The position numbers were made by a program, and so were the translations under genes. A stretch of DNA of 61,938 bases, filler included, from Basidiobolus ranarum (Eukaryota), in assembly GCA_040143965.1 (NCBI GenBank). It is 6 parts of 6 records of this genome, joined end to end, with 100 filler letters (N's around TTAATTAATTAA, not from the genome) between each part and the next. Parts side by side here need not be neighbours in the genome. Positions count along the whole stretch, not along the records: positions 51,735 to 61,938 come from JASJQH010007604.1; 5 more parts are not named here. One strand, given 5' to 3'. The first letter of the stretch is position 1, and every line of letters starts with the position of its first letter. Positions 51,735-61,938 of the stretch are shown here, piece by piece. The notes under the pieces are model-generated. The model worked only from the letters and a program-made list of their open reading frames with translations. It was not told where the DNA came from and made no database searches.

Positions 51735-52875
51735 TGATTTATCGGGTTCGTTTCCTAACCATGAGTTCTTCCAAAACGTTGGGGAAGGTGTAGATAGTCT
51801 GTATAGCGTGGTTACTGCATTCTCGTTGTACGATACCGATGTTGGGTAATGTCAAGGAATTCCGTTCATCGTTGGACCGTTGCTTCTTCACGTAAGTATT
51901 TTAAATTATTCATATTTAATTATGTGTATATATATTGATTTCAATTGATAGATGCCTGAAGAAGAAGCTTTTTGTGTTTTAGTTAGATTGATGAGAACCT
52001 ATGGCCTTCGCGGTCATTTCACTCCACAAATGGAAACTCTTCACCTTCGCCTCTATCAGTTTGATCACCTATTAGAAGAATATCTTCCTAATCTTCACAA
52101 GCATATGCTTACCGAAGGTATAACTTCTTCAATGTACGCATCGCAATGGTTTATGACACTTTTCGCCTACCGGTTCCCGCTCCCACTTGTATTTCGAATC
52201 TTTGACATCATCTTTGCTGAAGGAGTAGAAAGCCTTCTTCGGTTCGCAATAGCTTTGTTAAAAGCTAACCATAGTAAGCTTATTGACATGCCATTTGAGA
52301 CTTTACTAGATTTTCTTAAACACCATATATATCATGTTTATGATGGTAAAATTGATCAGTTAGTCCACGACGCGTATGATGTCAAGATTACTACCAAGCG
52401 TTTAGACCGTCTTTCTCGGGATTATCACGCAGAGCTAAAAAAGCAACAAGCGGAAGGGAATCTTATCGAGTCTTTGAAAGTGAGCAATAAGCGCCTTGAA
52501 GACGAAATCAAAATTTTGGAAAGCAACGTCCAAACTTTAAATGAAGAGCATTGTGAGTTAGCAAATGAGTTTGTTCAATGCAAACTTGATATTGCTAATC
52601 TGCAAGATGAAAATGAATCTCTTAAGTTCGAAGTCACTCAACTTAAAGAACAACTCGAACAATCTCGGAAAGAAGCAGAACAATCAGTTAAACAAGAGAT
52701 GGAACTTCTGGCTCACAAAAACCTGGAGCTGGCTGATCGAAATACCAGTCTAGAAGACCAACTTTCTGAGCTCGAAGCACAACTCATAGAAACTAAAATG
52801 AATTATGCAGAGTCTGAAAATGAGCGAGTGCAATTACAAAAAAAATGGGACGATCTTAGGAGAGCTTTTCACTGA
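51735..52875 (+). CDS. TBC-domain Rab GTPase-activating protein (Gyp5/EVI5-like), 3' part with coiled coil
   Basis: VG*CQGIPFIVGPLLL / MPEEEAFCVLVRLM...SMYASQWFMTLFAYRFPL, then a long coiled coil. Intron 51892-51951. Confidence 0.9.
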
Positions 52876-53563
52876 AACTTGTTTTATGGTTAGCTCCATT
52901 CAATTTCTTTGAAGCTTGCACATCGAAAAGGATTGTGGGTAAATTAGAATCTTTTGAAGATTCAATATTTTTTATACATGCACTGTTCCGCTTGCATCTG
53001 TCCATATATTTGTATATAGATTGTGTATAGCTTAAGATATTGTTATATATAACCTTTTCTTAAAGGGCATACGACATGACTCTTAAACGTTTCAATGCAT
53101 CTTTGGTCATCCTGGACTACCCACATTAAATTACTATGCCGTAATTGTACACTTTCTATGCTGTTTTTTCTTGAACCGTAACAAACCATTCTTAAAGCAC
53201 TTGTGATTGTAGTCAGATTTCGGGATTTTTCAATATTCTTACACCAAAAACACATTACTAAATGATATGCTAATTTTGTTATTAATTACTAAAAGCTGAT
53301 AATCCATCGTTCTTCAAGACTTTAATGATTCAGGCATTGGACGTTTTACTTTACAGACGTTAATAATTAGTACGCATAAAAATGAAAAACTTCGAAAAGA
53401 AAATAAATTAATAAAACTGCTAGTCGTGTGGGTGTACCTGTGCCCAACCTTTGTGGAAGTCCAAAACCATATAGATTGGAATGAAGGTACGATGATTGAT
53501 ACAGCGAGATATCAAACGAAAGAGATTTACGTATTTTACATCAAATTAATCGGAAAAACAACT

Positions 53564-56021
53564 TCACGACTTGTCAGAGTTAATCGTATTCAATAGCGAC
53601 GTTAATACATCTTCATTGGACTTTTCCGATTTTTGCCGTTTCTCAGGAGATAAAGAAGTTTCGGCTACACGCTTGTTACTAGTGCGACTTGCAAATGGTG
53701 TAGGTGATAGTAACTGCTCGGCTGGTCCATCTCCTAGGAAATCCGCCATTAAGCTAGCCAAGGAATCCCCACCGCCAAATGAATTCGATGCACCAAAATT
53801 GGTTTCAGTGGGTGATCTACATTTGATTTAGTAAAGGACCGTTGTGCGTTACAATTCTTATAAAGACTTACTTGACAGCATGCTCGTTTGCTTTACTTTG
53901 CCAGTTCATGGTGCTATAAACACTGTTCTTATGCTTGTTTCTAATTTCGTCTTCCTTGACTTTACTACGATCTCTTTCACGCTCACGCTCCCGATCTCTA
54001 TCCCGTTCTCTATCTCTATCTCTTAAGCGTTCTCTAGGGCGGTGTCGATCCCTGTGGTCATGGTCATCATAACGTCGTCGAGAATATGATCTATGGTCTC
54101 TTCGACGATCATTCTGCCGCCTTTGATGATCACGCCTAGGCTCATCAACTGGCAATCTCCATTCTTGCAAACAATGGCGTCTGACCTGCTCTTGATTTGG
54201 GTATCGAAGATCTGGATTTTTGATGTATTTGAGAAGATCCTTGAGAGCTTCGATTTGTTTAATAGCGATTCTCATATTAGTGGTCTGTAGGTAGTCAAGG
54301 AAAGATTCATCCTTCAGCATCACATCCATATCAATGATTTCAACAACTTGAAGATTTGCTTCTCCTTCTTTGAGCTCGTTGATCTTGTTATTCACCATAT
54401 ATAAATGGTCAATAATCTTAGGACTGCGTTCTTTTAGGTTCATAGCAACAATAAACCTAGCAATTCGGCATTTAATATACAAGCAAGCAAATCAATAGAG
54501 AATGAACTAACTACCTCTCAGCATTGGCAGGGCGACTAGTAAGTGGCTTTAAGATGCACACTTTCTCGAAATGACGATGGAGGATATACATTAGACCGGC
54601 AGTAAAGGGGGTTAAGACATCAAAGATTTTGACAGCAAAGTCACCGCCTATATATGATAATATTAGATAGACAAACAGTTTGATAAATTGGTTGTAAATT
54701 CTGACCTTTTCTCAACACCGTAAACATAGATAACACTTGACAAAGGATGAGCTGCTTCATCAGGCCTTCCTGCGAATTTTCCTCTCCTTCGACACTCATA
54801 CCCTTTAAATTAAGTATATTAGGATCGGCTCGATTGAATACTGTCATGCTTAACTAAAACCTACTCCATCACCCACTACCAGATCCACTCCAACATCATC
54901 GGTGGCATTCTTTACTGTATCGGAGAAGTTTCTAATGTTCTCCTCAAGGTAGACGTCACCTACAAGAAATATTTAGTAATAATCGACTGGATTACAGAAT
55001 CAACCACACATACCATAACATGGCGTAAAGCAATGGTGCGCCAACGCAGCAGGATGAAACTGGTCTAATGTGAAATCCTTGTCTCCTTTCAAAGTTAATC
55101 CCCATCCGTGAGCTTTTTCACCCCAGGTATGCTTTCTCCACAGAAGATACTCTGAAAAAAACAGTGAGTCAATTAAGGTGTTAATGAGATTCATTTCATT
55201 CTTTAACTTGAAATACCTGAAAACCCTCCAGGACCGGAGCAAAGATCGGCGAACTTGAATAACTAAAAGGAAGCTTGAGAAGGCGTTCAATTGAATATTT
55301 AATCCTTTCTGTAAATCTTACATTGGTCTTCGGTGCAACGTTTTGCTTTGTAGCCGATAGTCCAAACATAGCATCAATAGCAGCTAGTTTGACAGCACTC
55401 CGATTGATAAAAATGGATTTCCCAATTCTCTCATAAGGATTAGCGCGAGAACGAGCTGCAGTAAATACTTCACGGGGAATGTCGTTAAGTTGTCCCTATT
55501 TATGAATGTTCCTCAGTCAGAAATCAAAAGACATCCATATGGATGAGCTCCAACAAAACCTACCTTAGTATCGAGTAATTCTGAGACAATGTCACCGTTA
55601 CAAAAACGATCGTAGTCAATTTCATCTTGCTACAACATTTAAAAGTCTTAAGGAAGGTAATTCATATTTAGAAAAATAATGCTTAATGGAATGTACCTTT
55701 CCCAACTCCAATTTCAAACCAGGTAAAATTTCCCCCTCACTGAAAGGTTGAGTACATGTTATAAAATCGGCACGCTGTGCAGTTGATTCACTTCCAAGTA
55801 CACTGCTTGAACGAGAAGTCTCTCGATCTTTGAGATTTTTTGTGGCATTAGGATCCATATTATTACTAGATGCTGAAGGTGAGTTGGGCTCTTTCATTGG
55901 CTCACTCTTTTCCGCTAGTTCTTTACCTGTTTAGATATAGTGGAGAGAATTCCATGTTAGCTTATTTATAACAATATTGGGAAGTATATAAAGCAAAAAA
56001 CGTGCCAAGATCCGGATCCAT
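53564..56021 (-). CDS. CMTR1: Cap-specific mRNA 2'-O-methyltransferase (CMTR1-like, FtsJ/RrmJ fold)
   Basis: Spliced motifs [67 protein letters not shown] and [12 protein letters not shown] (the K-D-K-E tetrad regions). R/D/E-rich C-terminus. The first exon is tentative. Confidence 0.85.
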
Positions 56022-56530
56022 TAGTTTTCACTGTTTTTTCCGTGTAAATAAGAATTTCTTTTATATATATTCTACGTTGGGTGATGAAGGAAGTATAGTC
56101 TCAAGACGTGTCTATAGGCGTGTGACGTGACTTGCTACTAAAAGTTACTCGAGGCGTCTAACTACCATAAATCAATATTGGTTTTTTTTTTTAATTTGTA
56201 CTAAATTTTTCTGAGTCCGAAAATAATGATTAAATTTTCACTGGGCCATTGATTAAATTACTCACAATAGAGATATACATAAGAAAGCTGTTTGCCTTTT
56301 ATGAAAAATATACTAAAACTGGAGAATAGCCACTCATTTGTGAATGTATATTGCTGCCTCTTTTAAACTCCCTATAATGATGCTAAAAATCTATTTACTA
56401 CAAGAAACAGTAGCAAACGTGGGTGGAGAGATTTGAGATAAAGTTGAAATATTTCAAACAAGTCTGAAAAGCTCTTTAGCACTTTATTCTGGACCAAACG
56501 TGATTTTCAAAGGAATTTTAGGAGTTAAAG

Positions 56531-57141
56531 TTACTTCGAACAGTTTAGATTTAATAACTCGAGAATTTCTGGGTCATTTGATAAGTCTATCGAAGTGAGT
56601 CCTTTTCCATTCTTATAAGAACGGTCAGCGCCACGCTCAAGTAAAGACTTGACTAAATCTTTTAAATCATAGAAGGTTGCTAAATGAAGTGCTGTGTTAT
56701 TGTCCTATCAATGTACAAATAAAACCATTAGTCTAAATTAGTTGAGGTTTATATCCAAGTAGAGATGAATGGCTTACCCCAAAAGTAATGTCGACCTCTA
56801 CAAGATTAGTTTAAAGTGGAATGAATAGTAAGTACTTCACTTGACCAAGATAGTATGTAGATGTGTCAACAGTTACCTTCAGTGAATGTCGAGTCGAGGA
56901 TATCTTTGGCAATAGACTCTTGACCGTTAAGTATGGCTACTTGAAGACCCGTCATCTGCCCAATGTACGCACCCAGAAATTTATATGCATCTAATTCAAA
57001 CTCGGAGTCATATTTGTAGTTACCTCGTTTCTTTTTGGAGGTAAGTGAGCGGTCCACTGCTAACAGAGTACGAACTGCCTCAGAATTCCCGTTCAGAATT
57101 GCTGTGAAATATGCGTCCAGTGTTTCGGTAGGGTCACGCAT
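56531..57141 (-). CDS. Small ankyrin-repeat protein (3 exons)
   Basis: Reads MTGLQVAILNGQESIAKDIL.../EVDITFG/DNNTALHLATFYDLKDLVKSLLERGAD..NGKGLTSIDL. Confidence 0.85.
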
Positions 57142-57560
57142 TATTTATCTATTCGTAAATATGTAGCAACGATAGAACAAGACTTACCAAATGCTCTAAA
57201 GTGATATCTTCACAGCCCGCAAAATCGCAGTTTATACTACCTCTCGAACCCTGATTCCATTTGATGTTGTAATCATATATAAGGAGTTCTCTGCTTAATG
57301 TGTAGATCAAGTTAAGGCTAATTTGCAAGCATCACCTTGACCTACCCCAATATACCGAGATATAGATTACTGGTAACCTTAAAACAAGATTAAGAGTTTC
57401 TAAACACCACATGATCATACAACTTTAAATTGTTTAAATGTGATTTTTATGTTTAAGTTAGATGTAAAATAATCCAATTTTAGAGGGCTTTTTTTCTTAC
57501 GAGTATAGATAAAATTTTATCAAGTGTACTTTACAACACTAACCTAACGAACTTAGTCGT

Positions 57561-58643
57561 ATGATGGATTCCCTCAAACAAAAAGGTTTGTTCAATTTTC
57601 AAAATACACTCAGTCCACTTTATTACTTTGTATCATTGCTGTGAATGTTTCTAAAATATCCTTGGCAGATTTGGAACAGAAGGAAATCGATCCTTATGCC
57701 AGCCTCGGTTCATTTGTGAAAAATCATCCTGAAATTGCTAAAGAGGTACTTGTTATTTCCCTCTTAGCCCCGAAGCGAATCTACGCGACCTTTAGACCGA
57801 AATGTCTTAATTCATACCATTTTGTTCAACAAAATTATAGGAAGCACCACCACTTAATGAAAATACCAAAAAATTCACACCTGGTTTTGTCACCAACACT
57901 GTAAATAATAGATTTGATCAAACCAAAATATACGACAGTAAGATTAAAGGGAAAGTCTTACTCCTTGATAATCTTGCCAAAGGTGGACAACAGAAATCCC
58001 GTGGCAAGCAAAAGAAACGATTAGGTCTGACCTCTAAGGAGAAGAAAGAAAGCAAAGTCTATGATCTACCTCCTGAATGTCAAAAGTAAGCTTATTTTTA
58101 AACGCCTTCTACAATGCTACGTGATATAAATCATCCAAATTTCAGGTACTCTTTGTTTGTTCCTTTACATAAGTTATGGTTACAATACATGGAGGAACTG
58201 TTTGGTGGCTCCAGTCCTTCAGTTTTTTCGCAAAAAATCTTAAAAGCTGATTTCCATGGGTGTCTTCTCACAGGTAATGAACTGAATTGCGATGTCACTA
58301 TGGCACATTGGTAGTAACTCTTGATTTGTTATATACAGTTGTGAAGTCAAAGTGTCCCTACTACATTGGCATATCTGGGATTTTGGTGCAGGAAAAGAGA
58401 AATGTGTTCAATATAATTACACAAAATGATCGGTTACTTGGTAAATATTGTTCTCAATGCTAGTTCAAATCCTAATTGTACATTATAGCTCACATTCAAC
58501 TTATAGTGGTTCCCAAGGTCAACAGTGTTTTTACATTCAAAATTCGAGAAAACATATTTACTATTTACGGTAACCAACTTCTCTGTAAAGCTAGTGATCG
58601 CGCTGCCAAAAAATTTAAAGGAAAGCCTACAATAGATTTGTAA
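57561..58643 (+). CDS. POP4: RNase P/MRP subunit Pop4/Rpp29
   Basis: Spliced KYSLFVPLHKLWLQYM...KILKADFHGCLLTVVKSKCP..IGISGILVQE...VPKVNSVF...IYGNQL...DRAAKKFK. Confidence 0.92.
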
Positions 58644-59103
58644 ATTAGACTCTTCTATCAACTAGTTATTTGTATACATGGTTTTTCTCGATAAAATTAT
58701 AATATCGTAATAAAATTCAATGAAATATGGTTGGAAGTTTGTCATTGCCATGGCGACAATTTCGATAGTTCTACCTGCACGGATACAGATTGGGATGGAT
58801 TTGTCCGCTATATGATATCATTTGTTGCCATTCACTTTATGTGAATTTATTCTAACGTTAAACGCAATTATCTAGATTTTTAGGGTGATTGGAGGGTAAA
58901 TGCTGTGTAGCTCCTCCTTAAATTGTTTAGCCCAATTTGGGTTGTTCAAGAGTGCAGGTCATAGACTGTCTAAAGTTGGAATATAACGTCTTTTGTGCTT
59001 CTTGTTCACTTCAAAGTTGGAAAATAACGAGTATTATTCGTTAGCAACTCTCATATCTCAAAAATTGACCTTTGAGTTCTTCTTAAGTTAGACTTGGTAG
59101 AAC

Positions 59104-61938
59104 ATGTCTGAAATCACTTCAATTTCCATTCGTCAGATAGTTCGAAAGCGTAAGCATTGCTTTTATCTAATAGTGTTTACTTTTTCTGACCGTCAAATAG
59201 AATATTACATATATTCTCATATACATGATATTTACAGTTTTTGACTCAATCAGGTTTTCTGGATATCCTTCAGGTAATGGAGGCCTCCAAGGAAACGTAC
59301 ATCCTTGTAACTGATGCTCACTCCAGAAGATTATTGGGTGAAGTAATTGGGGATACCGAAATATACTACGGTCATATCGGAGGTAATTCCTGAGACAAGT
59401 AAACCCTCTCCTGGTCGAGATATTTAATCAAGTATTTTCTTTTATGTTTATTAGAGGTTGTCGTTATTGGACAAGGAGAAAAGAATGATTACTCGAGCTA
59501 TAATGCCTTATACTTACTAACTCCAAGTCATGAATCTGTGGTTCATTTAATGGAAGATTTTCAAAATCCTCAAAAACTTCGATATAAATCAGCAGTTGTG
59601 TATTTCATTTCAGGTAGCTTTTGTTTTCAAAATAGTGATGTTTCTACTCCGTTGACGTATATATATTCATCTGTGTTTAGATTTGGATGATGAGTATTAT
59701 CATAACCTACTCTCTTCACCTGCTAAAAAGTATATCAAATCAATTAACGAGGTTTATGTGGATCTTTTCAGTAAGTTTCACTTATTTCCAACGTTTATTT
59801 ATGCATCGAATATTTCATTTACAAGTTGTCTTTGTTTGTCCCACTTCAATTCAGCGCCCGAGACTAGACTGTTTGATTTAAAATTGTCTCAAAGTTTTGT
59901 CAGACTATATTCCAATGAACTAGAGGCAAGTCTCCCAAAGGAGCTTGAGGTTATCGCCAAAAAAGTAAGTTTCTTTGGGACAATCAATTAAAAACCGTTA
60001 TCTAAATGATATATCTCTATTCGTTTAAAAAGATTGCCTCAGCTTGCTATACGCTTAAGGAAAACCCCATAATTCGTTACTTTAAGCCTGATGGAGAAAT
60101 GAACACGAGCATGATCTCTGAGAAACTTGCCAAAGCCGTTGAAAAAGAACTCGAGCATTTAAGCGTAAAGGAGAAATCTTACGTAAGAACTTTACAATGA
60201 GATCGCTAAGAGTTTCAAGAGGCTAATGTTCTTTCGTATCTCATAGCTTCAAAATACTACTGAGCCTAGGGCTTCGTTGATTATTTTGGACCGCACATTG
60301 GATATGAAGGCACCGTTGCTTCATGATATCACTTACCAGGCAATGGCATATGATATGTTAGATATCTCAGATGATCGCAAGTATATGTAGGTTACTTTGC
60401 GTGTTTACTCCATGGCCATTTTCGTCTGCTATACTGATGCATATCATTAAGGTACGAGATTACCGACAATACTAACAACGTAGTGGAGAAGAAAGCAACC
60501 TTGGATGAGAATGATCAGCTTTGGGTTAAATATCGCCATTCCTATTTTGCTGATACGAGCAAGGATTTGGTCGCTGAACTCAACAAACTTACCTCAAAGC
60601 AACTTCAAAATAAACCTGGAATGTTAGTATATCGCTTCCTCTTTTATGTGAGAGAAATAAGTGTTTACTTGTTCTATTGAATTGCAGGAGCCCACAAGCT
60701 ATGATTAAGCAGCTTAGAGAAGCTGTATTTCAACTTCCAGACTATCAGGAGTTTAAAGAGAAGGTAACCAAAGTTTAAGGCAATGTAGACAAACATTCAA
60801 TTGACATTTCATTTTTCTATATTGCATTCACGAAGCTCTCATGCCACTTAACCATGCTTACAGAGTGTAAAGAACTATTTCAAACTTACAACTATGCCGA
60901 TTTGGTCCCACTGGAGCAGGTTAGACATATCTACACTCAAGTTTCTTGATTTTCTCTTGATATTCAAAATCTTTCTAGATTCTAGCTACTGGTGAAGATA
61001 TTGAAGGTAACGCGGCAAAGCATATGCTGGAAGATGTCATTCATCTGGTCCGAGGATTGGACAAGTAGGCCCTTGAATATATCTGACATTGGTAGCACCC
61101 ATTAACAAGTTTGAAACACCTATAGTGACGATAATAGACTTCGTCTATTACTTCTTTATCTTATCTCCAAAGATGGAATCCGAGAGGAACATCTACAAAC
61201 TATTCGGGAACAAGCAGGTGTTTTAGAGAATTCTGAAGATGACCTTGTTTTGAATAATATAAAGCATATGGGAGTTAAGGTTTTAAAGGTAATGATCCAT
61301 ACTCTTTGACATTTTCACATTGATACAGCAATTTCATCTCCTTATTCCATGGCTTATTTAGAACTCGAAAAAAGGCACCAATCTTTATAAAAAGTTGAAA
61401 TCGTATGGTGTTAAATCTAATGATGAAACTATTCGATACGATCTTATGCTCAAACGCGTAATCGAAGTAAGTCCTTTATCTTACTCTCAATATACGATAT
61501 ATCACCTTCTTATATACTCGCAATATAGAACGAGATCAAACAAACGCTTCCTGAAGCCACCTTTCCTTTTGTTAAAGAACAAAGCAAAGAGAAGGAAATG
61601 GCGGATGATGTGTTCCCTCGTGCACTAAGATAGTAAGTGTCATTCTGCTTGAGAACAGAAGTTCGCAACTTAATATTGATTCCTATTCTACAGTCTAGAT
61701 CCACAATGGGTCAAGCGCAGAGATCCGGCAGTGGTAGGTTACCTTTTACTTAGGAGAACACACCATAACCTATAATTCACACGATTTGCTTTTAGAACGG
61801 AGGCTATCGTGGTTCGCTGAAAGGAAGAGTTATTGTGTTTATGGCTGGTGGTCTCACTTATTCCGAACTTTGTACTATTGACGCGCTTACGAAAGATTAC
61901 GAGCGTGACAGCATCGTTGGTAAGCATTGATGCGGTTT
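59104..61938 (+). CDS. SEC1: Sec1/Munc18 (SM) family protein, many introns; 3' end truncated
   Basis: Motifs YILVTD, ALYLLTP, TLKENPIIRY, LIILDRTLDMKAPLLHDITYQAMAYD, LDENDQLWVKYRH, HLNM, EQ..ATG, RLRLLLLY and MAGGLTYSE. Confidence 0.9.

Noticed and set aside
51847-51849. In-frame TAA in the TBC GYCQG motif (pseudogene or stop recoding?)
   Set aside because: It sits about 110 nt from a contig start among other odd substitutions. The rest of the gene is intact and TAA is a normal stop elsewhere in the window.

Overview
Intron-rich, AT-rich eukaryotic DNA. The gene content points to an early-diverging fungus; a Zoopagomycota/Basidiobolus-like source is my inference, not shown by the sequence. 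The window is not one locus. It is six contigs (1-10265, 10366-20629, 20730-30981, 31082-41323, 41424-51634, 51735-61938; lengths 10265, 10264, 10252, 10242, 10211, 10204) joined by 100-nt N spacers that carry the six-frame stop linker TTAATTAATTAA. I support about 27 protein genes: DBP2 3' end, alpha-arrestin, STN1-like OB-fold, nucleoside phosphorylase, GPI-type aspartic protease, a coiled-coil protein, IQM-family protein, quinone oxidoreductase, CBM9-like fragment, F-box/LRR, four small secreted proteins, PIF1, a secreted YKP-repeat protein, beta-tubulin 3' end, Pcl cyclin, a Kex2-type polyprotein with (MKKDD)14, NDUFA6, MPC1, Srp1-like SR protein, a pacifastin-like inhibitor, RPA135, a Gti1/Pac2 factor, TBC RabGAP, CMTR1, an ankyrin protein, POP4 and Sec1. 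There is also a Ty1/copia remnant, a bacterial-type SDR pseudogene and several minisatellites. The most interesting items are the secreted proteins (pacifastin-like inhibitor, mussel-foot-protein-like YKP repeat protein, KR/QA polyprotein with Met-rich pentapeptide repeats), a fungal cap1 methyltransferase and a 4-nt micro-exon in MPC1. I found no tRNA, rRNA or CRISPR array. All family assignments come from motif recognition by eye; no database searches were run.
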